The position numbers were made by a program, and so were the translations under genes. Under the pieces are notes generated by a model. It had not been told where the DNA came from, made no database searches, and was given only the letters and a program-made list of their open reading frames with translations. Positions 47,214 to 60,129 of a DNA stretch of 64,000 nt are shown here, in pieces. Source of the DNA: Hemiscyllium ocellatum (taxonomy: Eukaryota); NCBI RefSeq assembly GCF_020745735.1, contig NC_083437.1:23746001-23810000 (forward strand), in the 5' to 3' direction. Positions within the stretch are counted from its first letter, which is position 1. Each line of letters opens with the position of its first letter.

Positions 47214-48154
47214 GTAAGTGGTCATACCTCTGGCCATTAGTACAAAAACAATCTTGTCTCCATTGGTATTGAATTACGTAGTGGAACTGATGAAAAAAAA
47301 TGAAACCAGATTGGGAATGTTGAAATTCTTCAGTTAACTGGACAGGTTGTATCAGATTTTCTTGAGTGAGTGGACACTGTAGAGTTTTGAGAATGCAAGT
47401 TGAAATCAAAAAAAGGGTGGATTTATTAGAACAGGAGTAGTGCATGTTGATTGGAAAGATCTGGAGATCATTGCAGCTAAATGTTTATAGCTATCTGTGC
47501 TGAAATTTGTTGACCTGACTTATTGTACCACAGTCTCTGACAGTGTTCTCATTTAATCTGAATCCTGCCACAGTACAGAGGAGTCTAATTTAATCTGCGC
47601 AGGTGACAGCAGGAAATTGGTTGAAGATTTTTCAAAAATAATTTAATATTTTTTTAAGAAGTTAAGGGCAGGCAGCAACATAGAAATCTACAAATTTCAG
47701 AATCTAACTTTAAAATAATGCTGGCAAATGGGAACAGACTAATTTAGGATATCTGATCAGCATGAATATGTTGGACTGGAGGGTCTGTTTCCATGCAATA
47801 AAGCTCTGAGTGGTTGAGTTTGTTTCTGTGATCTTGTAATCATAAATTTGAAGTTATTTTTCCTTTGCTCATGTGTAATTCATATTTGGTAAACTTAGAT
47901 CATTATGATTTGGAGATGCCGGAATTGGACTGGGGTGTACAAAGTTAAAAATCACACACCAGATTATAGTCCAACACGTTTAATTGGGAGCACTGGCTTT
48001 AGGAGCGCTGCTCCTTCATCAGGTGGTTGTGGAGGACACAATTGTAAGACACAGAATTTATAGCAAAAGTTTACAGTGTGATGTCAAAGAAACTATACAT
48101 TGAAAAATACCTTGATTGTTTGTTGACGGATGAATGGGTACTGCACAACACCGT

Positions 48155-48465
48155 GGGCGGCACGGTGGCACAGTGGTTAGCACTGCTGCCTCACAGCGCC
48201 TGTAGACCCGGGTTCAATTCCCGACTCAGGTGACTGACTGTGTGGAGTTTGCACGTTCTCCCCGTGTCTGCGTGGGTTTCCTCCGGGTGCTCCGGTTTCC
48301 TCCCACAGTCACAAAGATGTGCGGGTCAGGTGAATTGGCCAAGCTAAATTGCCCATAGTGTTAGGTAAGGGGTAAATGTAGGGGTATGGGTGGGTTGCGC
48401 TTCGGCGGGTCGGTGTGGACTTGTTGGGCCGAAGGGCCTGTTTCCACACTGTAAGTCTAATCTAA
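48155..48465 (+). mobile_element. HE1-type SINE (young) nested in the Penelope fragment
   Basis: GGGCGGCACGGTGGCACAGTGGTTAGCAC A-box, GGTTCAATTCC B-box, V-domain, tail GGCCTGTTTCCACACTGTAAGTCTAATCTAA. Confidence 0.95.
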
Positions 48466-48749
48466 ATCAACAGACAGGACTGTTCCCTCCCAGTTGGTGA
48501 ACACTTCAGCGGTCCAGGACATTCGACCTCGGACCTTCGGGTGACCATCCTCCAAAGCGGACTTCGGGACAGGCAGTGGCGAAAAGTGGCTGAGCGGAGG
48601 GCCACTTCACCTAAGTTCCGTATCCATCGGGAGGGCTTCAACCGGGACCTTAGGTTCATGTCACACTGTTGCACCACACACGCGCGCACAGACACGCGCG
48701 CACAGACACACGCGCACAGACACACACTCTTGCAGACTCATGTGCATCC

Positions 48750-48882
48750 NNNNNNNNNNNNNNNNNNNNNNNNNNNNNNNNNNNNNNNNNNNNNNNNNNN
48801 NNNNNNNNNNNNNNNNNNNNNNNNNNNNNNNNNNNNNNNNNNNNNNNNNNNNNNNNNNNNNNNNNNNNNNNNNNNNNNNNNN
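48750..48882. other. Assembly gap (N run) within a CA-rich microsatellite
   Basis: Ns. Confidence 1.
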
Positions 48883-49345
48883 GACTTAGACACTCTACAC
48901 TCTCATACACATACACACACTCTCACACTCAATGCCCCCCTCCCCAGACAGACAGATAGACACACACATATACATATTCGTTTGTGGGATGAATTTGTAC
49001 TTGCAGAGTTACATTGGCATATGGATGCAAATGAATCCATATAAGACTCTGTCAACTCACTTTTTAGATGAGAATCAGTCCAAACATTATGGCACAGATA
49101 GGGAACACAGGGGGCTAACACCTTCAACATATTATCTGGCTGACACCAATTGTTACAGTTAACCTGAGAATGTAACTTTTTTTAAAAAATTTTGTGATTT
49201 ACATATGAAAGAAGTGTGACTATCAGGGTATTCTAACAGATGAAAGACTCAACAAACAATCAAGGTATTTTTCAATGTATAGTTTCAGTTACATCACACT
49301 GTAAACTTTTGCTGTAAATTCTGTGTCTTACAATTGTGTCTCCAC

Positions 49346-49386
49346 AACCACCTGATGAAGGAGCGTCGCTCCGAAAGCTAGTGCTT
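49346..49386 (+). ncRNA. Minimal type I hammerhead ribozyme motif (Penelope-associated)
   Basis: AACCAC-CTGATGA-A-GGAGC GTC GCTCC-GAA-AGCT-A-GTGCTT: intact CUGAUGA and GAAA core, 5-bp stem II, palindromic AGCU stem III, CUA cleavage triplet. Confidence 0.65.
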
Positions 49387-49626
49387 CCAATTAAACCTGT
49401 TGGACTATAACCTGGTAGTGTTGTATGATTTTTTAACTAGATCTTTATGGGACTTTTCCACCCTACCGTCAGTCATTTTTATTACACTTGTAAGGGATTC
49501 TGGTCAATACATTTCAGAGAGGTATATTCATGAGATGAATTTAAGAACAAAGGAAAAGGAGAAGAAACCAGGAAGCTCTAAGCAAAACAGATTTAATGAC
49601 ATTAGTTTTACTTCTTTCAACTCTAG

Positions 49627-49905
49627 GAAATAAAGGAAAAGCAACGAGCACAAGAAGAACTAAGTAATAGGGCTCAGGCCTTGCCTCTACCAGATGTTAT
49701 CCCTGATGGTGAAGTGCACCAAAATGGTATGCCGCTTCTTAATGGCCATGCAGTGCTACCGGCTGCCAACCACCAAGGCCTTCAGCAGGCCAACCGAAAC
49801 CACGGACTCCTAGGGGGAGCTTTAGCAAACTTATTTGTCATCGTTGGTTTTGCAGCCTTTGCTTACACAGTGAAGTATGTGTTACGAAGCATAGCACAAG
49901 AATAA
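49627..49905 (+). CDS. UBE2J2: UBE2J2 terminal coding exon (C-terminal TM anchor)
   Basis: ctctag acceptor; EIKEKQRAQEELSNRAQALPLPDVIPDGE..NRNHGLLGGALANLFVIVGFAAFAYTVKYVLRSIAQE*. Spliced total is 257 aa. Confidence 0.97.
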   Translation, partial: EIKEKQRAQEELSNRAQALPLPDVIPDGEVHQNGMPLLNGHAVLPAANHQGLQQANRNHGLLGGALANLFVIVGFAAFAYTVKYVLRSIAQE

Positions 49906-50290
49906 AGCTGCTGAAGAGACCAAATCACTGCAACCTTGCAAACAAATCGGACTCCTTTTGGGGAATTGTTGCAGAAAGGCAAGATTAAGACTGTTCGTTG
50001 GAGTGATGTAATTAAAGTTACATTTGTATATGTACAAAAGTGACCAATTAGAGCCTATGGTTTTGTTTCAGAGATGTATGGATCAACGGAGCTAACAAAT
50101 AGTTCAAGAATATGCAAGGGTTCGGATTTACTGTACTGGTCAAGTATATTTTACAGTGGATGACCAATATTCTGCTGCTTAATTATGGTGAATCTGAAAC
50201 TTGTGCTATTTGTAAAAGGGTTGTGTTTTGCAGCAGCATTTTCAGATTTTAATTGTTTACTTCACAATGATTAAAAATCTATGCCCCCAA

Positions 50291-51098
50291 AATAAATGAC
50301 TTTTTAATGTATTTATATTACTGTTGTCCTTGGAATATATTGGAAGCATTTCTGAAATAAAAACAAAATGCAGAAATTAAATGCTAAACAGAATAAAACT
50401 GAGCATGGACTTAAAAAGTGGGAGTTTGGCAAAATTCAGAAGGCCAGGGAACGATATTGGTCATCCAGTGTAATGTAAGTGACCACCAGAGAAATCAAGA
50501 CCTTGTGCACATTCCAACAAACTGATTACAGGCTTTTCCTCATTAGGTTTATGGGTAACTCTTTGGCAAAACAGTTACAGAAACCATAATTTATAAATGA
50601 AATTTGTTTTGTAATTGTTCTCCATGAAGAAAAGATGCTCAATGCCCCATTTGTATCGTTGGAAACAGTGCTTTAATGGACAATAATTTGCTGCTTAACC
50701 AGTTATTTCTGGACAATGTTAAGTTTGCCTTTCCTTTTACGCAATATCTTTAGAATTTTGCAATACGTTTTCCAAAAAAAACCTGTGTAAAAAATTTGAT
50801 AGAAATGGCAATATACACAATTGTAAATTGGTGATTTAAGAAGCTCTTTGCAATTCCTCATCCTAATTTTATGGGTGGCATTACACATTAAAATAGGGTA
50901 TTTGGAATTCTGTTAAATGTCCTTTCTAACAAGCAATAGAAGTTAGATTACATTTTCACTTGACTGAAGACACTGTCATTTTGCTAAATTTAAGTACCTT
51001 TCTGGATGTAGTTATACATGTCCCACTCGGCTGTTCATCTGAAATGAACGTGTTGTGTGTAATAGCAATGACTGGTTTGTAAATTGACTATCAATAAA
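50291..51098 (+). terminator. Candidate UBE2J2 poly(A) signals (AATAAA at 50291, 50356, 50392, 51093)
   Basis: AATAAA hexamers in an AT-rich, repeat-free 3' UTR-like region. Which is used cannot be determined from sequence. Confidence 0.5.
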
Positions 51099-52549
51099 AT
51101 TTACAGGATATAGTAATATTGTTGCTTGTCTTTAATGTCATTGAAAGAAAAAAATCTAAAACTTTCCAAAATTTGTTACTTATTTTCCATGAAGAGACTG
51201 ATATTAACATAAATGTAAAGTTCACAATTTTATTCTGAAAGTACTGGGTAGGGAAATGTTTGTCATTCGTTTAAGTTTCTACAGTTCTATTTTATAACGT
51301 ACAAAATATTTGTCAAGCCTTAGAAAGTGTTTCTTGAAAGCTGTATTGGAATTGAGAATGTATTGGTGACTTTTTATTTTTGAATTATTTGAAAACTGAA
51401 TGGAAAAGCAATGCAAATTCATTAAATTGATGAGCATTAAAGTTATAACTTTGCAAGACTTCCCCGCATCATCCACAAGATTATTTTAATATTTGAAAAA
51501 GTATTTTTTTTAAATCCTTATTCTTTAAAAGTGAGAGTTAAATTGCAAGCTTTAATGTAAATATACAATCTGGAAACCATTGATGAACTTGCCCAGAGAT
51601 CTATTTTAAAGTTGACTTCAGTACTTGATAAGGTTTATGTTCTGATCTGTTTGCTTTTAAAATCAAAAAATTCTTTTTCACAAATCAAAATAGAAATTCA
51701 GATCATCCCTTTTGTACTGGATTTTCCTGGATTCTGCCACCATCTCTTCGTCGTTGTTATCCTTTTGAGATTGCTCAAGAAGCAAAGTGCTGGGACACTT
51801 GGACGAGTGGAATATGGGGAGTGGGAATGAAGAAGATTGCAGGAGAACATAGATTCATGAGCTCAGTCAGCAATTCAATGCAGAGAAATGTGTAATAATA
51901 CATTTTGGATGCATACTGTAAAAGACTAAAAGAAGTGGTGGAATTGAGGTTTTTCATTTAAAACACGAATTAAATAAAACGAAAATGAGATCTAGGGTTT
52001 TGTTAAATTTTGAAAAAGATTTAGCCACAGTCACTGCACATTTTATGCAAGGATATTTGAATGGTAGTTGTAATAGCACCAGGGCAATAGATCTTTTCAC
52101 AGATTAACAGAGGACCTAATATGTAATCCAACATAATTTAAACTTGTGTCCTGCTGTTTGGTGAACTTCCTAAACGTCACTCAGGAAATTTCTGTCCATT
52201 GGTTGTGCTTTAGTCTCTTTGTCCGGTTATAATTGCCTGGTTAGTAATTCATAACTAATTTTAGCTATTTTGATATTGTGAGCACAGATTACATTGTGAA
52301 GTGAAGATTGATTTGCACAGTCCCATCCAACTTGTTGATTCTGTTGAGTTCCAGAGACCTGTTCGCACTTGTAGGCTGTTGTGTATTTTAAGAGTGACTA
52401 TAATGATCATTTGCCATCATTGCCTTGAACATGGTTTCCTATATCTTGACAGATTACAGCTACAAAAGTAGAGAAAAATCAACTGTAATTCTTTCTTCTA
52501 TACTGACATGGATCAAGCATCACAGATGATTGTAAACTGAGCTTGTCCT

Positions 52550-52960
52550 TTATCTATGGCTCAATCATAGTACTGCCCTAAGTCAAAAGATGGTTTAGGT
52601 CACGCTGCAGAAGTTTGTGAGCACAAAATCTAGACTGGCAGTCCAAAACAATATCAGAAATGCTGTGCTAACAGAGATGCTTTCTTTCAAATGAGATGCA
52701 AAACCTTGATTCTTTCAAGTGGAGGCAAAAAAGCCTGTGGCATTATTTCTTGGAACAGAGCAGTTCTTTGCAGCATCCTGACTGATATTTATCCTCAATC
52801 AATAGATTGGTTTTTAAAAAAAAACTAATGATCATTACCATATTGTTGGTTGTGTTGGACTTCAGTATGTAAAATTCACTGCTACCTTTCATGCGTTACA
52901 ACAATGACCTCAGTACTGGACTAAATTGGCTGTAATGATATTTGAAGCATTGTTGTGGAA
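52550..52960 (+). mobile_element. Deu-domain SINE, decayed
   Basis: GAGCACAAAATCTAGACTG..GCATTATTT..GAACAGAGCAG..TCCTGACTGATATTTATCCTCAATCAA..CATTACCATATTGTTGGTTGTG. Confidence 0.6.
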
Positions 52961-55900
52961 GCTACTGTATAACTAAAGCGGGTTGAATATAAAATATGCT
53001 GCAACTGTTGCTGTTACACACATGTTTTCGATCTCTTTCTTCTCACATGCTCTTAGTTATCCCACTTGCATGTGCTTTTCATTGCTTCTCTCTCAAATAT
53101 GTGATTGTTGTATTTTCTTAGTTACCATTAGACTATTTCTGTGCTGTTTTGTCTAAGTCAGTTGTGTACTCTTGCAGCTGCTTTATTCTATTTTGGACAA
53201 CATGTGAAATGAAGGCCAGGTTTTCCCTCTGGATGCATAAGATCTCTTGGTACCACTGGTAAAGCTGTACTTATTGCCTTAGTTGATAATCTTTCTTAAC
53301 GTTATTAAGAGATTATTTGGTAATTTGTTGCTGCTTGGAATTTTGTGTTCAATTTGACTGTTTTGTTTACCTACATTGCAATGATTGTAATCTGTCAGTG
53401 AGTGTATAGAGACACATGGAAATGCAAGTCATTGTTCCTTTATGTTAATTTACTGAATGCAGTAATAGCTGGAATGCCTCATTGCAGCATTGTAAATGGG
53501 GCCAAGCATTTGGGAGATTGAGCCCAATTTTGTCCATCCTTAATTTTCACACACGCACACAGCCACAGATTCATGGGACCCGATGAGCTTCTGTTCTTGC
53601 TGATTTTTGCCTTTGCCTTAACCTCCAGAGACACTGGGCCCATTTGTAGGCACCCAACTGAAACCCTGACTGAAATAATTCAAGAAGCTAACTTGGGCAT
53701 TACAACAGAAATTTCCCTGGTCAATGGGTCACATCGTTTGGGCATGGGAGTGGGGTGATAATTACAAAATGTGGCTGCTCATGTTTTTGCATCAGGATTT
53801 ATGCTCCTTTCATAGACGTTTTACCCCTGACATTGACCTTTTTAAAATACATTCAAAAGTGATGAGGCACATGTTGCATCAAATTTTATGAGCATTTTCC
53901 TCCAATTGGACTTTACCATAAAAGTAGCTGTTGTCTCTGTAGGTGGCCCATAACCGGAGTTTCAATTTCACACGTGATGTCAATTTCACCCATCATCAGG
54001 TCCCTCGCAATAGGTACTACTTTAGGAAGATGATGCGATAAATATATTTTGTGCTAAATTTTCTGGAGGGTTCCAACATTGTTCTAATAGTTGTAAATGG
54101 TGCCGTAACATGGAGCAGTAAATCAGTTATTTTGTATGACTACTTCAACCCTGTACTTGAGAGTTTGTAACATTCTTTGAGGCGATGTGCTGCTATGTTT
54201 TCAGCAGCTGCATGAAAAACTTAAAGTAATGCCTTTGAATCTCTTGCCTTTGAATAGTTTAAATATCCCATCTAAGTGACCGCAATATGGTAGTCCCTTG
54301 ATGTTTCACTGCAGTGTCATCTGAAATTAAGTTCCAAAATACTCTTGACACTGAAGCACATTAACACTTAAAACTCCCTGACTTTAATATGCCTCCTTTT
54401 TTCTCATGCCTGTCAGTGAATGTTTTCATTTGTTTCTGTTTGTACACGCAATATAAATGGAATTACTATTACCAGGATTGGTAAAGTTATTAATAATAGA
54501 TGCAAAGCAAAATTTGGGCATGTTGGTAAGCTGTTTCGTGGCCAGTTTTTAATTAACTTTAATTTGTTGGCAGGTATTGATTTCCATACGCTGCTTACAT
54601 TCACAGCTGATGAGTGAATGATTACCTTTGCCGGGACAATGAACACTGAAAAATGCTCCTGGAATCTTGTGGCAAATAAGGTTCCTCCAGAACTCAATTA
54701 CTGGTTACTAAGTGGGCCCAAAGAACAGAAATTTGAACGCATCACATGGCCTGAAGTAAGAATCCTGCAGGTGGTTTGTCCCAATCTGCCAAGCCATTTC
54801 CCCAATCAACTGCAACTTGGTTCCAGTCACATCACTAGTAAAGCAAAAGAAAAAGAATGTTTGAGACCAGAGACATGCAGCTGTTCATAACTGGATTGGA
54901 TTTTGTTTCCATTTTTCAGATGCTATCAGAATTCACATTAGTTGTTATGCCTTGTGCAATTCAATGGAATACCACAAAGTTGTTTTCTTAAATTTATTCA
55001 TCAGAAGTGGATGTGGCTGGTTGGGCCATCATTTAAAGGCTAGCTCTAAGAAAGTTTCTGCACAAAGAACTTTTATTCCTTTGTGGGATTTGGGCATTGC
55101 TGGCAAGGCACTGTTTAGTGCCCATCCCTAAACTAGTGGCTTGCTAGGCTATTTTGTACATGCAATGTGCTGAGATGTCTCCCTTTCCAGTTTATGGAGG
55201 AGCCTTCCCAAGGTTGTGGGTTCAATCAAGGGAGGACTGGCAAGATGATACCTCACACTAAGTCCACTCTAGTGCTTGGGCTTTTAAAAATCTTTGTTAA
55301 ATGTCAGTCTGTTATTTGATCCTTCAATCTCATTATTTCTCAGCATCACTCATAATTCGTTTAAAGCTCATTTGGTGTTTTCTAAAATGAAACCCAGTTT
55401 ATGTTACACTGTACATGTCTAATTATTTTTTCTTTTTTAAAGGCTTTTTTTTATAAATCCCACACTCTGTATATTTTGTCCAGTTCTGACTTTCATGTGA
55501 AGTTTCCCAACACTTTATCTTTTTAGAAACATAACTACCCTTGGTATCTCCTATTCAAAACTTATGTTCTATAAATGATATCTTTTGAATAAAATTGAAA
55601 TATTCCAGAGTTGTTATATTTGTAATGTTCTTGGACTGATGTTGCAGCATGTACAGTCAGGAAGACACCAGGATTACCTGTTCATTAATATTAATTGAGA
55701 GCCACAGACAAAATACATGATTTCAGACAATACATGATGGTAATAATAATAAAGCAGTACTTCAGAGTTTTTCTCCCCTTTTTATATATCAGGTAAAAGT
55801 GAATTAAATGAGCGGATTAAAGATTTTGCTTTCCACTTGTAGGTTTAAGACATAAACCCAGGGATTATGACGTCAGGAGAGGAGGAATTGAGTTCAGATA

Positions 55901-57379
55901 ACAGTGGGTTGATAATTCACCACGATCTGAAACTGCCAGAGTCAATGCACTTACAACCTTTCATTACAAATATCCTGTGGTATAAATCTCAATTCGACGA
56001 CATTTTATTGGAGATAACTTCGTCTTGTCACCAAGTAAAACACAACGGTGAGTGAGTTCCTGTCAGTAGAAACAGGGAGGAATTGGTAAAAATAAACATT
56101 TTTTTCTTCGTGTGTTAATACTTTTAAAATGCAGCAGTTTGACAGATTGGAAACTCATTGTTTGAATCTGAGAATAAAGGATGTGGTAAGCATTGATAAG
56201 AAATGTAGTTTAATGTGATTACATTGAATTATACAACTACAAAATCACAACGAATGGCTGATGAATGAATGTGCATGCTTTTAAGCTTTTCTTTTAGAGC
56301 TAGGCATAAAATATTCACATGATTCAATAATCCAAAGCATAGCTTGCTCTGTTCTCCAGTAGAGTATCAGCTGCTGTACAGTCAGAGTGGAGGGGAGAAA
56401 TAAAGCTGACACGTTTTGCAACATGTGTAAGCCACCAGTCCTCTACATGAGCCATATGCTGGCAGATTTGAGTGGATGCTTGGTTTTTTATCCAGTTTTT
56501 ACAATAGGTTTATTTACAGCCCTAATATTTATAATACATTTTGAGCACCTCTTTTACCTCATCTTGCTTTTATTCGATGACCTGTACTTTGTATCTTTGT
56601 CCTTCATCTTAGTTTGTTAATATTAAAGCGAGATGAAAGGAATGGTATTACCATTAATGTTGTATCTGACTAACATAAGTAGTTGGAAACTTAATGCTGA
56701 AGCTTGGTCTTGTACAGGGCAAAGTTTGATGTATTCTGTTCTTAGCACTCAGTAAGGACTGTTCATCTGAACTTAAGTGAATATAGGATTGTCAGACATA
56801 TTGATACAGAGAGGGCCGCAACATTCATTCACATTTTGAAGCATCTTATCCAGATGATTTTTTTAAACAAAGCTGGGACTCTGCACCTTTGTGCCTCTCT
56901 AAATATACTGACTGAATCACTTATATGTTTAAGATGATGAGGGGGAGAAAGATGGTGTTTAATCAGACAGTTTGTTCCAATGAAATAGGTTAAGAAGGAT
57001 CAAGGGTCACAACCTCAGGTCAGTTAAGACCAGAACTAAGTTACAAGTAATAGGTAGATCTATTCCCAGAGAACAGCGGACCTTTGCAACAAATTATTAG
57101 GTATGTGGTGCCAGTATCTTTGTGGAATCCCTTTAAGCAAGAGCTGAGCCTGTATCTGGTTGGGACAGAGGTCATCTTGGACCTAAAGTAGGTATGGCAT
57201 GACATTAATCAGTGCTAGAGCAATCCCTTGGACTAACTTCCATTTCTTTCAAGAGTGTTGTGTATCATCTAGCATTCTGTATAGTCTTAGTGGGGTGAAG
57301 AGCTTAACATTCTGATAGACGAACCATTGCAGTTTTGTCTGCTGTTAGTGCAGAAAATACACACTCATGGTGTTTGTTG

Positions 57380-58200
57380 AGGAAAATAAAAGCTCTTGGT
57401 TTGGGGATAACATTGGCAAGGACTGAAGATTGGCTGGCTAACAGGTCAAAGAAAATAGGCATTTTTCAAGTTTGCAGGCTGTAACAAGTGGTGTGGCATT
57501 GGATCAGTGCTGGGGACTCATTTGTAAATGATTTGGAGGAAAGGATCAAAGATATGTTTGCAAAATTTGTTGATGATTCAAAGATAGGAAAGTGAGTTAT
57601 GAAAAGGATGAATGCAGGTTACAAAGTTATATGGAAAGTTTAAGTGACTGGACAAAGATCTGGCAAATTAAGTCAAATGTAGGGAAATGTGCAATGGATC
57701 TTTTTGGCAAGAAGAATTTTTTTAAAAATCTAAATAGTGCGAGCTTTCAATATTCTGCAGTGGAATCTGGGAATTCTGTTGCATGAATTGCAAACAGTTA
57801 GTGCGCACTTTCAGTAATTAGGAAAGATAATAGAATATTATTTTTTATTGTGAGAGGGATGGAGTACAAAATTAGGAAGATTATGCTTCAGCTATACAGG
57901 TCACTGGTGCAACAGTCTCTGGAGTTCTGTGCACAATATTGGTCTCCTTATGAAGAAAGATGTCAATGCATTGAAAGTAGTTTGGAAACGCTTTGCTAGA
58001 CTGATATCTGGAATGGTGGGTTGACTTCCTGAGGAAAGATTGGGCAGGCTAGGCCTGTACACACCGGAGTTTAGAAGAGCAAAAGAGGACATGATTGAAA
58101 CATAGAAGATCCTGAGACGTCTTGACAGAATAGGTGTGGAGAGGATGTTACTTCTTGTGGGAGAGTCTAGAACTAGAGGTCACTGTTCAAGACAGGAAAA
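57380..58200 (+). mobile_element. Decayed CR1 LINE
   Basis: AKFVDDSKIG..LSDWTKIWQIKSNVGKC..LQLYRSLVQQSLEFCAQYWSP..ESRTRGH. Confidence 0.85.
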
Positions 58201-58300
58201 CCTAACCTCCCACCAGAGGAACATGAGTTTTTATAATCCTTCCCCTCAATTGAAACAGAGTCCTGGAATATTAATCCTGCAGTCAAAATCACAAAAACCG

Positions 58301-58612
58301 ATTCTAGAATTCCAACAGTGTGGAAGCAGGCCATTTGGCCCATCAAGTCTTCACCAACTTCCTGAAGAGTATCCACCCAGACCCATCCCGATCCCAATAG
58401 CCCTGCTTTTCTATTGGCTAATCCACTCAATTTACACATTCCTGGAGACTATGGGCAATTTAGCACAGCCATTCCACCTAACCTGCACATCTTTAGACTG
58501 TGTTGAGGAAACCCGTACAGACACTGGGAGAATGTGCAAACTTCACCCAGGGATGGAATCAAACCCAGGTCCCTGGAGCTTTGAGGCTATAGTGCCACCC
58601 ATTGAGCCACCC
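58301..58612 (-). mobile_element. HE1-like SINE (older)
   Basis: GGGCAATTTAGCA..CACCTAACCTGCACATCTTTAGACTGTG..GAATCAAACCCAGGTCCCTGG is the reverse of the HE1 body and head. Confidence 0.8.
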
Positions 58613-58619
58613 TATCTCA

Positions 58620-59145
58620 TAATAGAAACACGGAAACAGAAAATAGCAACAGGTGCTAGCCATTAGACCCCTTCAAGTCTGCTCTGACATTCAACTTGAT
58701 TATGGCTGATCCTCTACTGCAGTGCCATACTCCTCCCTCTCCGCATATCCCTTGACACTTTTAGATTTGAGAAATCCAAATATTTCTTTCTTAAATAATT
58801 TGATATTTCTTGTACTGCCTTCTCTGGTTTGCTACCCACTAAGTGAAGACATTTCTCCTCTGCATAGATTGAAATTGCACACTACACACAGACTCATAAA
58901 CTCATACAGCACTGAAACAGGCCACGCATCCTGACAATATGAGCCCTTGTCCTGGAATTGCCCTGGAAAGGGGAAACATCATTCCTGCATTCAACATGTC
59001 TATCCTGATAAGAATTTTGAGTTAACGTAAAATCCCTCTCATTCTTCTAAACTCCAGTGAACATAGGCCTAGTCAGCCCAATCTCTCCTCGTGTGACCGA
59101 CCTGCAATCCCAGGAATTGATCTGTTGAGCCTTTCGTGCACTCAC
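58620..59145 (-). mobile_element. Decayed CR1 3' portion
   Basis: Reverse CR1 3' UTR (CCTCTCATTCTTCTAAACTCCAG..CAGGAATTGATCTG). Confidence 0.65.
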
Positions 59146-59365
59146 CATTTATCAACTCCTTTTCATCCTGAAGAAAAGTCATAGAGAGCATGAAATGTTA
59201 ATTGTGTTCCTCACACCACAGATGCTATCAGATTTGCTGAGTTTCTCCAGCATTTTCGTCTTTACATGTCATTCTGTTTTAACGTATATTTCATTAATTC
59301 AAATTCACTATAACACAATTGATGAATTGGAGACACTGTTTCTATAGCGTGACCTTTTAAAGCAC

Positions 59366-59975
59366 ATCATAGAGTCATAGAGATGTACAGCATGGAAACA
59401 GACCCTTCGGTCCAACCTGTCCATGCCGACCAGATATCCTAACCCAATCTAGTCCCACCTGCCAGCACCTGGCCCATATCCCTCCAAATCCTTCCTATTC
59501 ATTTACCCATCCAAATGCCTCTTAAATGTTGCAATTGTACCAGCCTCCACCACATCCTCTGGCAGCTCATTCCATACACGTACCACCCTCTGCGTGAAAA
59601 TATTGCCTCTTAGGTCTCTTTTATATCTTTCCCCTCTCACCCTAAACCTATGCCCTCTAGTTCTGGATTCCCCAACCCCAGGGAAAAGACTTTGTCTATT
59701 TATCCTATCCATGCCCCTCATAATTTTGTAAACATCTGTAAAGTCACCTCTCAACCTCTGACGCTCCAGAGAAAACAGCCCCAGCCTGTTCAGCTTCTCC
59801 CTATAGCTCAAATCCTCCAACCCTGGCAACATCCTTGTAAATCTTTTCTGAACCCTTTCAAGTTTCACAACATCTTTACGATAGGAAGGAGACCAGAACT
59901 GCATGCAATCTTCCAACAGTGGCCTAACCAATGTCCTGTACAGCTGCAACATGACCTCCCAACTCCTGTATTCAG
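59366..59975 (-). mobile_element. HER1/CR1 LINE 3' fragment, young
   Basis: Open 149-aa ORF MLQLYRTLVRPLLEDCMQFWSP..FTQRVVRVWNELPED; reversed tail TCATAGAGTCATAGAG. Confidence 0.95.
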
Positions 59976-60129
59976 TACAGTTTTAATATAGTTCCGGCCC
60001 CATTTGTTTAAATGGTGCTGCTATTGCGTGATTTTCTTATAACACGGGGTTGCACAAGAACAGAACTACCATGTTATAGCAGAACTGTTTTTGTATGTCA
60101 GGTTTCCAGCATCCTCAGTACTTTGCTTT

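Larger units (their letters stand above)
47905..49438 (+). mobile_element. Penelope-like element 3' fragment with an inverted terminal copy (47943-48126 vs 49249-49438)
   Basis: GIY-YIG C-terminus INRQDCSLPVGEHFSGPGHSTSDLRVTILQSGLRDRQ..GFNRDLRFMSH at about 48466-48666; (CA)-rich 3' region; hammerhead motif. Confidence 0.88.

Noticed and set aside
49901-49906. AATAAA overlapping the UBE2J2 stop codon
   Set aside because: Probably a by-product of GAA-TAA. A long 3' UTR-like region with better-placed signals follows.
53573-53758. 61-aa ORF with a hydrophobic N-terminus
   Set aside because: No splice or promoter support and no recognisable homology.
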